A DNA stretch of 64,000 bases from Vicinamibacterales bacterium (GTDB taxonomy: Bacteria > Acidobacteriota > Vicinamibacteria > Vicinamibacterales > UBA8438), in contig OY762226.1 of assembly GCA_963665465.1 (NCBI GenBank), positions 5,387,986 to 5,451,985 on the forward strand, written 5' to 3'. The notes beneath the pieces were generated by a model that was not told the origin of the DNA, ran no database searches, and saw only the letters and a list, made by a program, of their open reading frames with translations. Position 1 is the first letter of the stretch; each line of letters starts with the position of its first letter. The translations under genes were made by a program, and so were the position numbers. Below are positions 55,913 to 64,000 of the stretch, one piece after another.

Positions 55913-56272
55913 CTAACGGCTCGGCCTGAGCCCTCTGGTGGTCATGAAGCTGTACAGGGCGGTCCGGGACACGCCCGTGAGCTTGGCGATGGCGGTCTTC
56001 GAGACGCCGAGCCGAGCTCGAGGAAGCGCCGGATCTCGTCCTCCTTGCCGTCGAGCCGTGAGACGCCCAGCGACCCCTTCGGGCGACCGAGCTTCCGGCC
56101 CGAGGGCCTCGCCCGGGCGAGGCCCTCGCGGGTGCGCTCGGAGATCCCGCGGTGTTCGGGTGCGACGACCTGGGGTGCGGGCTGACGGGCCTGGACGTGG
56201 CGCATGTTGGCCGTCGCTGGCTTGGTCATCGCGGCCGTCCCGGCTGATCGGCTGACACCCGAGCCCTCCACC
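55913..56272 (-). pseudogene. tnpR: Second resolvase C-terminal fragment, frameshifted
   Basis: ISERTREGLARARPSGRKLGRPKG...DEIRRFLELG, then in the next frame VSKTAIAKLTGVSRTALYSFM. It is cut upstream by the Tn3-type IR at 56273. Confidence 0.5.
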
Positions 56273-56309
56273 GGGTTGTTTGCGGGAGGGGGCGAAATCC
56301 TACGCTAAG
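56273..56309 (+). repeat. Tn3-family terminal inverted repeat (copy 2), adjacent to the tnpA 3' end
   Basis: GGGTTGTTTGCGGGAGGGGGCGAAATCCTACGCTAAG. It overlaps the tnpA stop codon (56300..56302), as in Tn3-family elements. Confidence 0.7.
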
Positions 56310-57290
56310 GATTTCGGGCTGCCTGTGGAGCCGGTGCGTGGCCAGCGGTATTCTCCGGTCAGGTTGATGTGCTCCCAGCCGAGCGGCGAGACGTGGGCCG
56401 GGAACTCGGGCGGGATCTCGAGGCCGGCCTTGCGCCCGGCGGAGACGGCCTCGCCGAGCTTCAACGTGTTCCAGTAGATGATGATCGCGGCCAGCAGGTT
56501 GAGGCCGGCGACCCGGTAGTGCTGCCCTTCGCCGGTTCGGTCCCGCAGCTCGCCGCGTTGATGGAAGTTGATGGCGCGCTTGAGGGCGTGGTGCGCCTCG
56601 CCCTTGTTCAATCCGACCTGGACCCGACGTCGCATCCCGGGGTCCGTGGTCCAGTCGATCATGAACAGGGAGCGTTCGACGCGGCCGACCTCCCGCAGGG
56701 CAGCCGCCAGCTCGTTCTGGCGCGGGTACGCGGCGAGCTTGCGCAGGATCTGGCTGGGCCGCAGCGTCCCGGCGGCCATGGTGGCCGCGACGCGCAGGAT
56801 GTCCGCCCAGTTCCGGTCGATCAGGTCGACGTTCACCTTGCCGCCGACCAGCGGGCGCAGGAGCTTCGGGACGCCCGCGCGATCGAACACGTAGAGGCGC
56901 TTCGACGGCAGGTCCCGGATGCGCGGGACGAACGCGTAGCCGAGGATCGAGCACGCGGCGAAGACGTGGTCGGTGAATCCGCCCGTGTCGGCGTGCGGGG
57001 AAGAACTGGCCGTCGCTGGAGGCGGTCCGTCCCGTGCCCCAGGCGGCGGCCATCGGAAGCGCGGCCTGGGCCTCGACGATGATGGCCAGGGCTCGGTCGA
57101 ACGCATCGCCTTCCACGTGCCAGCGGGCGATGCGCATCAACTCCCAGAAGCCGTGCGTGGTCGTGGCCTCACCATCCTGCCGGCCACGACCACGGTCGAG
57201 CGGCTCTGCGCCGATGCGCTCGTCGACGCCAAGGCCTTGCTGATGGCGGGGACGGCGCGCGCGGTCGGCGGCCCGCGCGAAACCAGCCAG
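56300..57290 (-). pseudogene. tnpA: Tn3-family transposase, C-terminal third with internal out-of-frame deletion
   Basis: ...AALPMAAAWGTGRTASSDGQFF | HADTGGFTDHVFAACSILGYAFVPRIRDL...QVGLNKGEAHHALKRAINFHQRGELRDR..GEGQ...AAIIIYWNT...LSPLGWEHINLTGEYRW. The frame changes near 56990 and the N-terminal ~650 aa are missing. Confidence 0.8.
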
Positions 57291-57334
57291 ATCTTCCTCT
57301 TGACGCACAACGGTCCGTCGTTTAAACGTAGTGC

Positions 57335-57637
57335 ATGAGGACCATCGCTTCACGAACGCTGGCGGCGAGCCCCGGGCAAGTGTGGGCCGCGCTCGAAAAA
57401 GAGGGCGCCCTCGTGGTGACCAAGGATGGGGTGCCGCGAAGCATCATGGTGCCGACCAGCGACGCCACGCTGCTCGAAGACATTCAGGAGATCGTGTTCG
57501 CACGCGCCCGCAAGGCGGTTCGGGAAATCCGGAGGCACGCCGCGGAGACCGGAGCCGCCGACGTGACGCACGCCGACATCGAGCGGGAGATCAAGGCGGC
57601 GAGGCAGGCGCGCAAGCAGAGGGTCCGGCGTGGATGA
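57335..57637 (+). CDS. Type II antitoxin (Phd/YefM-like N-terminus)
   Basis: 100 aa. SPGQVWAALEKEGALVVTKDGVPRSIMV is the Phd-like beta-hairpin region. It overlaps the downstream PIN gene by 8 bp. Confidence 0.6.
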   Translation: MRTIASRTLAASPGQVWAALEKEGALVVTKDGVPRSIMVPTSDATLLEDIQEIVFARARKAVREIRRHAAETGAADVTHADIEREIKAARQARKQRVRRG

Positions 57638-58058
57638 CCCTCCCGTCTGGGTCGTGGACACCAACGTACTGGTTTCCGGCCTGCTCTCGCCCTTCGGGCC
57701 ACCCGGACGGCTCGTTGACGTGCTGCAGGCGGGAGGATTGAGGCTGGCCGTCGACGACCGGATCGAGGCGGAGTACCGCGAGGTTCTGGCCCGTCCCCGG
57801 TTTGGCATCGAGCGATTCCGGCAGGACGCCTTCCTGGCCATCCTCCAGTTTCAGGAACACGTCGCCGCTCTACCCTGGACGCACGGCCCGCCGCCGGACG
57901 AGGACGACGTCATGTTCCTGGAAGTCGCTCTTCAGACAGCCGCGCGCACCCTCGTCACCGGTAACGTCAGGCACTTCCCTCCTCGCTGCCGGGGTTCCGT
58001 GACCGTGTGGTCACCCCGCACGGCCTGGGAGCACTTCGTCGACCCGCAGCCCGAATAG
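57630..58058 (+). CDS. PIN-domain toxin (PIN_3 / TIGR00305-like)
   Basis: VWVVDTNVLVSGLLSPFGPPGRLV...DDVMFLEVALQTAARTLVTGNVRHF carries the conserved acidic PIN residues. Confidence 0.7.
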   Translation: MDDPPVWVVDTNVLVSGLLSPFGPPGRLVDVLQAGGLRLAVDDRIEAEYREVLARPRFGIERFRQDAFLAILQFQEHVAALPWTHGPPPDEDDVMFLEVALQTAARTLVTGNVRHFPPRCRGSVTVWSPRTAWEHFVDPQPE

Positions 58059-58283
58059 ACCGCGAGGCGGCCGTGGAGGTGATACTGCTCGCACAAGAGC
58101 GGAAAGCGCGGCGCAGGCATGTCCCTGATACTGAGCGTCGCTCGTACCCAGGAACCGTTCGTCAGCGCGTGGGCCAGCCCGCACCGCGCCGGACGCCGGA
58201 GCTGCCTCTCTGCCAGAATTGGCTGAGAGGCGTCCGTAGCTGCTGAACGCGCTGTTACGGACTGACGTAACCGTCCCATACCG

Positions 58284-61253
58284 ATGCACCCCATTCATCG
58301 TCGTTACCACGCGGAGGAACTGGTCCGCCTTCGGCCCGCCAGCGCACGTCGGCGGCAAGTGGCGTCACAACGCCGCGGGCGAATCGACCCCAACCCGCAC
58401 CAGGTCGATGCGGTCATGTTCGCGCTGCGCCGCATCCCGGAAGGCGGCTGCATCCTCGCTGACGAAGTCGGCCTGGGCAAGACTATCGAAGCCGGCCTCG
58501 TCGTCGCTCAACTGCTGGCGGAGGGGGCCACGCGGGTGCTCATCGTCGTGCCGCGCCCCCTGCTCGGACAGTGGCAGCACGAGCTCTACACGCTGTTCGG
58601 CATCGAGGCCGTCGAGGCGGCGGACGCTGCTATCGACGTCGGTGGCGCGGGCATCTTCCTCGCCGGGCGCGAGTACGTCGGAGCGAACACGGGGTTCGCA
58701 CGCCTGAGCGGGTCGCCGCCCTTCGATCTGTGCCTGATCGACGAAGCCCATGAGGTCTTCGCCGGCATTCACCGCCGCTTCGACCGCGACGGCGTGTACG
58801 ACGAGGACAGCCGGTTCGCGCGGACCGCGCATCGGATGCGCAAGGTCATCGGGGCATCGCCGGTCGTGCTGCTGACCGCGACGCCGATCCAGAACTCGCT
58901 CGCCGAGTTGTGGGGGCTCGTCCAGTACGTCGACCCGACGGGCACGCTGCTCGGGGCGAAGCCGGTGTTCGAGGACGTCTTCTGCGCCGGCGGCGACGGC
59001 CGCGGGGTCGCCGCGGAACAAGCCCGGGAACTCCGGCGCCGACTCGGGACCGTCATTCAGCGCACGCTCCGCCGTCAGGCCCAGGAGTTCCTCGACAAGC
59101 CGTTCGTCGGCCGCCGCGCCCAGCTCTTCGAGTACCGCATGAGCTCGGCCGAGCGCACCCTCTACGACGACGTCACCGACTACCTGTTGCGGCCGCAGCT
59201 CCATGCGTTCCAGGGCCGCTCGCGGCAGCTGTTGCTGCTCGGCTTCCACCGCCGCATGGCGTCCTCGACCGCGGCGCTGGCCGCCAGCCTCGATCGGGTT
59301 GCGAGCCGTCTGCGGGCGCGGCTGGCGGGCGACAGGGATCCGGAGGCAGCCACCGCGTTTACAGGGGACCTCGAAGACGATCCGCCGGATGTCGCGCCGG
59401 CGACCGACGACGCCGCTTCACCGGCCGAAACCGCGGGCGGGCCGGAGCTGGACAGCGCTGCCGCGCGGGAGGAGCTGTCGCTCGTGGAGGACTTCGCGCG
59501 GCGCGCGCGAGCCTTGCCCCACGACGGCAAGGCGGACAGCCTGGTCAAGGCGGTGCGGCTCGTCATGGCTCGGCCCGAAGACCGCCGCAAGGTCGTGATC
59601 TTCACCGAATCGCTCACCACGCAGGACTACCTGCGCAAGCTCCTGCTCGATCAGACGGCACTCGTGGACGCCGACATCACGCTCTTCCGCGGAGTCAACG
59701 ACTCCTCCCGCGCACACGGGGCGTTGGGCGTCTGGCGGGAAGAGGTGGAGCCCGACATCGCTCCGCACCTGCGGCCGAGCGCCACCGTCGCCGTGCGCCT
59801 GGCCCTGGTGCACGAGTTCCGGACGCGGTCCGTGGTGCTGATCTCGTCGGAGGCGGGGGCGAAGGGCCTCAACCTGCAGTTCTGCGACACCGTCGTCAAC
59901 TACGACCTGCCCTGGAACCCCCAGCGCATCGAGCAGCGCATCGGCCGCTGCCACCGCTACGGCCAGAAGCGGGACGTCACGGTGATCAACTTCCTCGCCA
60001 AGGACAACGAGGCGCAGCGCCTCACGTTCGAGATACTCAGCACCAAGCTCGACCTGTTCGGCAAGGTGCTCGATACCTCCGACGTGGTGTTGCAGACCCC
60101 GCGCTCCGATGCGTCGGAGGAACTCGTCTCGGCGCTGGGCCCGGACTTCGAGACCGAGGTGCGCCGTATCTGGGACCGGGCGCGGTCGGCGCAAGAGGTC
60201 GAAGACGAGCTGCGCCGGCTGCGCGACACCCTGGAGGAACGCCGGCAGGAACTCGAGCGCGTACGGGGGCGGACGATCGGGCTCATCGAGACGAGCCTCG
60301 ACGAATCGGTCCGCGACGTCTTCCGCCGGATCCAATCCGACCTGCCGGCGACGCTGGCCGCACTCGATGGAGATCTCGAGCGCGTGCTGACGACCTGGCT
60401 CGATACGGCCGGCATCCCCTGGGGCGCGGCGGAACGCGACGGCCGCCGGGTGTTCCACATCGGCGCCTCGCCGCGCCTTCCGGCCAGCGCGGCCAGCGGC
60501 TTGACCGTGGCCCTCGGCCCGGCCCGCGACCTCGCCGACATCGAGTCGCTGCACCTCGCCCACCCGTTGATCGAGGCAGCGGTCGCCGAGGCGCGGCAGA
60601 CCGGGGCGGGCCCCTTCCGCGTTCGGTTCCGTCTCGGCAGGGATGTTCCCGAGGTGCTGCGGCGTCGTCACGGCGACCGCGGCCGGCTGGCGCTGACGCG
60701 GACCGCCCACCGCGGCTTCGAGCGCGAAGACCGGCTGCGCGTGACGGCCGTCTTCGAAGACGAGGAAGTCCTGCGTCCGGCGGAGGCGGCGCTCGACCTC
60801 CTGCGACAGGGCTGCGAAGACGTCGGCTGCTTCGATCCGTCCCTAGCGGTGACGGCCGAACACCTGGACGAGGCGGTCGCCGAAGAGATGTTCCTCGACC
60901 AGAGTGCCGCTGCGGCCGCCGACCGGTCCGGCTTCGAAGGCGCCCTGGACCAGCTCGACCAGTTCCTCGCCGACAAGACGCTCGTGTTGCGCCGTGCCCG
61001 CGACGAGCGCGCCAAGCGCCTCGCCGCCGCCGAACGGCACCGGGATCAGGCGCTCGGCGCCGACAAGCGGGCGAAGGCCATGGCGCGCGTGGGCGCGCTC
61101 GAGGCCGAGATCGCGGACCTCGACGAGCGGCTCGCGCAACTGGCCGCCCGCGAGGACGACACCTATCGCCGCTGGCACGAAGACGCGCACCACCGCCGCT
61201 TCCAGCGCCCGGAGATCGAGCGGTTGCTCACGGCGGAGTTCGTGATCGAATGA
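58284..61253 (+). CDS. SNF2-family helicase with ~350-aa uncharacterised C-terminal extension (989 aa)
   Basis: PHQVDAV, motif I DEVGLGKT, motif II LIDEAHEV, LLTATPIQNSLAELW, and motif VI WNPQRIEQRIGRCHRYGQ. The C-terminal coiled-coil-rich region is unassigned. Confidence 0.85.
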   Translation: MHPIHRRYHAEELVRLRPASARRRQVASQRRGRIDPNPHQVDAVMFALRRIPEGGCILADEVGLGKTIEAGLVVAQLLAEGATRVLIVVPRPLLGQWQHELYTLFGIEAVEAADAAIDVGGAGIFLAGREYVGANTGFARLSGSPPFDLCLIDEAHEVFAGIHRRFDRDGVYDEDSRFARTAHRMRKVIGASPVVLLTATPIQNSLAELWGLVQYVDPTGTLLGAKPVFEDVFCAGGDGRGVAAEQARELRRRLGTVIQRTLRRQAQEFLDKPFVGRRAQLFEYRMSSAERTLYDDVTDYLLRPQLHAFQGRSRQLLLLGFHRRMASSTAALAASLDRVASRLRARLAGDRDPEAATAFTGDLEDDPPDVAPATDDAASPAETAGGPELDSAAAREELSLVEDFARRARALPHDGKADSLVKAVRLVMARPEDRRKVVIFTESLTTQDYLRKLLLDQTALVDADITLFRGVNDSSRAHGALGVWREEVEPDIAPHLRPSATVAVRLALVHEFRTRSVVLISSEAGAKGLNLQFCDTVVNYDLPWNPQRIEQRIGRCHRYGQKRDVTVINFLAKDNEAQRLTFEILSTKLDLFGKVLDTSDVVLQTPRSDASEELVSALGPDFETEVRRIWDRARSAQEVEDELRRLRDTLEERRQELERVRGRTIGLIETSLDESVRDVFRRIQSDLPATLAALDGDLERVLTTWLDTAGIPWGAAERDGRRVFHIGASPRLPASAASGLTVALGPARDLADIESLHLAHPLIEAAVAEARQTGAGPFRVRFRLGRDVPEVLRRRHGDRGRLALTRTAHRGFEREDRLRVTAVFEDEEVLRPAEAALDLLRQGCEDVGCFDPSLAVTAEHLDEAVAEEMFLDQSAAAAADRSGFEGALDQLDQFLADKTLVLRRARDERAKRLAAAERHRDQALGADKRAKAMARVGALEAEIADLDERLAQLAAREDDTYRRWHEDAHHRRFQRPEIERLLTAEFVIE

Positions 61254-62413
61254 CCCGGCGCGGCACCGGCATGGAGAACGACGTGGCGCTGACGTTGCTG
61301 CACACCGCCGACTGGCACCTGGGCCGGCGCTTCCCCGCGTTCGGGCTCGACCAGGAGCTGCGCCTGACCCGGGCACGCCTCGAGGTCGTAGGCCGCATTC
61401 TGGATCTGGCCCACAGCCGCGCCGTCGACGCCGTCCTCTGCGCGGGCGACCTCTTCGATCAGCCGGCGCCGGACGCGCAGTGGTGGGAAGGCGTCCTCAA
61501 GGAGTTCCAGCGCCGCGACTGGCAGCGCCCGGTCGTGCTGCTGCCCGGCAATCACGACCCGCTCCAGCCGGGGTCCGTCTACTACCGAGAGCACCCGTTC
61601 CGATCCGGGCTGCCCGGCTACGTGCATGTCGTGGACCGGCCGGGATGGCAACTGCCGCTCGGCGAGGGCGCCGTGGTGTACGCGAGTCCGTGCACGTCCC
61701 ATGCCGGTCAGACGCAACTGGCGGAAACGCTGCCGGCCCGCGGGCCAGACGATCAGCGCATCCGCATCGGGCTGGTGCACGGCCAGACCTTCGACATCGA
61801 CGGCCACCAGACGAACTTCCCCGTCGCCCGGGGCAGCGCCGCGGCGCGCGGCCTCGACTACCTCGCCATCGGGGACACGCACGCCTTCCGTGAGGTCGAG
61901 CCGAACGCGCCCGCGCCCACGGTCTACCCTGGCGCGCCGGAGGCCACCAACTTCGGCGAGCGGGACACGGGGAACGTGGCCATCGCGTTCTTCCCGCTCG
62001 ACCGCCGACGCCGCGCCATCGTGCGGCCCGAGGCCGTCGGCTCTTGGGCCTGGCGCGACGCGACCTGCCGGTCGATGCCGGAACTGCGTGCGCTCGCCTC
62101 CGAACCCAACCTGCGCAAGACCGTGCTGCGCCTGAGCCTCGACATGGCCGTGCCCATGGCCGAGTACGACGAGGCGGAGCGCATCGTGAGCGAGCTCAGC
62201 GGGTCCATGGCGGCGACGCCGCGGGCCGGCGTTCTCCTCGTGGACCGCGGCGCCCTGCGCCTTGCCGCCGCGAGTCCCGTCGAGTTCGGCACCGAACTGC
62301 CGCCCGTGCTGCTATCGGCAGCGCACCGCCTCCAGGACCGCGCCGAGAGCGAGCCGGAGCTTGTCGAGCGGGCCCTGCATCACTTGTACCGGATGGTTCG
62401 GCAGTCGGATTGA
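61250..62413 (+). CDS. SbcD/Mre11-like calcineurin-type metallophosphoesterase (387 aa)
   Basis: The ATG overlaps the SNF2 stop (ATGA). The phosphoesterase motifs are LLHTADWHLG, CAGDLFD, LLPGNHD, LVHG and AIGDTH. An alternative start lies at 61271. Confidence 0.75.
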   Translation: MTRRGTGMENDVALTLLHTADWHLGRRFPAFGLDQELRLTRARLEVVGRILDLAHSRAVDAVLCAGDLFDQPAPDAQWWEGVLKEFQRRDWQRPVVLLPGNHDPLQPGSVYYREHPFRSGLPGYVHVVDRPGWQLPLGEGAVVYASPCTSHAGQTQLAETLPARGPDDQRIRIGLVHGQTFDIDGHQTNFPVARGSAAARGLDYLAIGDTHAFREVEPNAPAPTVYPGAPEATNFGERDTGNVAIAFFPLDRRRRAIVRPEAVGSWAWRDATCRSMPELRALASEPNLRKTVLRLSLDMAVPMAEYDEAERIVSELSGSMAATPRAGVLLVDRGALRLAAASPVEFGTELPPVLLSAAHRLQDRAESEPELVERALHHLYRMVRQSD

Positions 62414-62421
62414 CGGCAACG

Positions 62422-64000
62422 ATGTGGATCAAGCGCCTTCAGGTGAACGATTGGGCGGGCATCGCCGCCGCGGCCATCGACCTCGAACCCGGCCTGAATG
62501 TTCTGCACGGCCCCAACGAGCTCGGCAAGTCGAGCCTGGTGAACGCGATCCGCGCCGCGTTGCTGCTGCAGTCGACGTCAGCCGCCGCCGCTCCCATGCG
62601 CGACTGGCACGCCGACGCGCCGCCGGGCGTGGCTCTCACCTTGGAACAGGAAGCGCAGCGCGTCTGGCGGGTGCGCAAGAGCTTCGGCAGCAGCGGCCAC
62701 GCGTACCTCGAGCTCTCCCGCGACGGCAGCGAGTTCACGCAGGAAGGCAAGGGGCGCGAGGTGGACGGCACGCTGCGGCGCATTCTGCGCTGGGGCCTCA
62801 AGGGTCCCGGGCTGCCCGGCGGCAAGCACGGCATGGCCGAGTCGTTCATCACCACGGCCCTTCTCGGCGAGCAGAGCGACGTCGTGGCCATCCTGCGCAC
62901 CAGCCTCGCCGGCGACGGCGACGATTCCGGCCGCGAACACCTCAGCGAGGCACTGCAGGCCCTGGCCGAGGACCCCCGCTTCAAGCGCGTCCTGGCGGCC
63001 GTGCAGGAGAAGGTGGACGAAGCGTTCACGGCGAGCGGGAGGAAGCGGACAGGCCAGGCCTCGCCGTGGGCCCAGATCCGCGGGCAACGTGTCGCGGCCG
63101 AGGCCAACGAGCGCGACGTGCGCCAGCAGCTGGAGGAGAGCGAGAGCGCCCGCCTGCGCACGAAGGGGCTGCACGAGCAGTTGCTCGCGGCGGAATCGGC
63201 GAGGCAGCGCGCGGACCGCGTTCTCGCAGCGCTTGAATCTGCTCTCGCCCGCCGCAAGGCGCGCGACGCGGCCGAGGCCGCCCTCGCTACCGCCGAGGCC
63301 GAGTGCAGCCGGGTTCAGGGGCTGTTCGACCGTCGCGACAAGAACAGCGCCGCCATTGCCGCCGGCGGCGAGCGGGTTTCCGAGCTCGAGAAAGCGCGTG
63401 CTGAAGCCGAGGCTGCAGCCGAGAGCCGGAAACTCCGGGTCGGGGCCGCTCGAGAACAGGTGCGCCGTCTTGAGACCGGCGCCGGCGAGCAGCAACGGCG
63501 GCTGCGCGAGGAGGAGGCGAAGAACCGGCGCCTGGAGCTGGAGCGCAGCCAACAGGGACACGAACAAAAGGTCGCGTGGGCGCAGGCACTGGCCAAGCGG
63601 GAAGAGGAGATCGCGGCGCTCGCAGCCGATGTCGACAAGCGGGAGACGGAGCTCAAGGAGCGAGAAGGACTCCTGCGCGATGCGGTGGCCGCCGCCGCCC
63701 GGGACCGCGACGAAATCGGAGCCCTCGAGGTGGAGCGCCAGTGCGCCCGCTACCTCGGGACGTTGAGCGCGGCACGGGCATCCACCGCGGCGCTCGACGC
63801 TGCCCGCGAGCACGCTCGGCAGGCGGCCGCGCTGGAACGCAAGGCCGCCGCGACGCGGGAAGAGGCCGCCGACCTCCACGCGCCGGCGGGTGCCGAGCTC
63901 GACCAGCTCCGGTCCCTGGAGACGGATTGGCGCATCGCGCGGGAGAAGCTCGCCGTTGGCCTCGCCGTGGAGGTCGCACTGGAGCGAGGCGGCACGGCCG
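62422..64000 (+). CDS. SbcC/Rad50-like SMC-type ATPase, N-terminal part (continues beyond window)
   Basis: The ATG lies 8 nt after the upstream stop. It has Walker A HGPNELGKSS and a long Ala/Glu/Arg-rich coiled coil from ~63100 to the window end. There is no stop in frame. Confidence 0.75.
   Translation, partial: MWIKRLQVNDWAGIAAAAIDLEPGLNVLHGPNELGKSSLVNAIRAALLLQSTSAAAAPMRDWHADAPPGVALTLEQEAQRVWRVRKSFGSSGHAYLELSRDGSEFTQEGKGREVDGTLRRILRWGLKGPGLPGGKHGMAESFITTALLGEQSDVVAILRTSLAGDGDDSGREHLSEALQALAEDPRFKRVLAAVQEKVDEAFTASGRKRTGQASPWAQIRGQRVAAEANERDVRQQLEESESARLRTKGLHEQLLAAESARQRADRVLAALESALARRKARDAAEAALATAEAECSRVQGLFDRRDKNSAAIAAGGERVSELEKARAEAEAAAESRKLRVGAAREQVRRLETGAGEQQRRLREEEAKNRRLELERSQQGHEQKVAWAQALAKREEEIAALAADVDKRETELKEREGLLRDAVAAAARDRDEIGALEVERQCARYLGTLSAARASTAALDAAREHARQAAALERKAAATREEAADLHAPAGAELDQLRSLETDWRIAREKLAVGLAVEVALERGGTA

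Noticed and set aside
58910-61249. The first ~780 codons of the 1167-aa ORF 58910..62413.
   Set aside because: They are an out-of-frame overlap of the SNF2 gene (Arg/Pro-rich nonsense). Only the segment from 61250 shows phosphoesterase motifs.

Overview
High-GC bacterial DNA in which about half of the 64 kb is mobile-element material. (1) 1-28.7 kb is a dense nest of insertion elements. A serine-recombinase IS-like element (copy A, 732..17914) is split by a 48-bp inverted-repeat (IR) pair. That pair holds two sequence-identical recombinase-in-trio (RIT) elements bracketing an IS3-family element. The IS3 is itself split by a large-serine-recombinase (LSR) element, which carries an IS21 and an IS1111-type IS. 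After this come an IS91-like remnant, a decayed permease, an IS1182-family IS, an RTX protein, a second copy of the serine-recombinase element (25631..27644), and IS1634/IS1182 fragments. (2) 28.7-46 kb encodes secreted and surface proteins: a cadherin-repeat autotransporter, an FG-GAP protein, two paralogous glycoside-hydrolase (GH)-like proteins and a second RTX protein. It also holds an ECF sigma / membrane Ser-Thr kinase pair and an orphan HicB. (3) 46-52.3 kb is a P4-type-integrase island with a tRNA-Glu-like 3' fragment, decayed phage tail genes, an IS256 fragment and two small accessory genes. (4) 52.3-58 kb contains a UDG-like gene, a lower-GC HNH gene, nested Tn3-family remnants and a Phd/PIN toxin-antitoxin pair. 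(5) 58.3-64 kb is a translationally coupled SNF2 helicase / SbcD-like / SbcC-like operon that runs off the window. I saw no rRNA, no intact tRNA and no CRISPR array. All calls rest on reading the supplied ORF translations and the DNA by eye, with motif recognition from memory; no searches were run.
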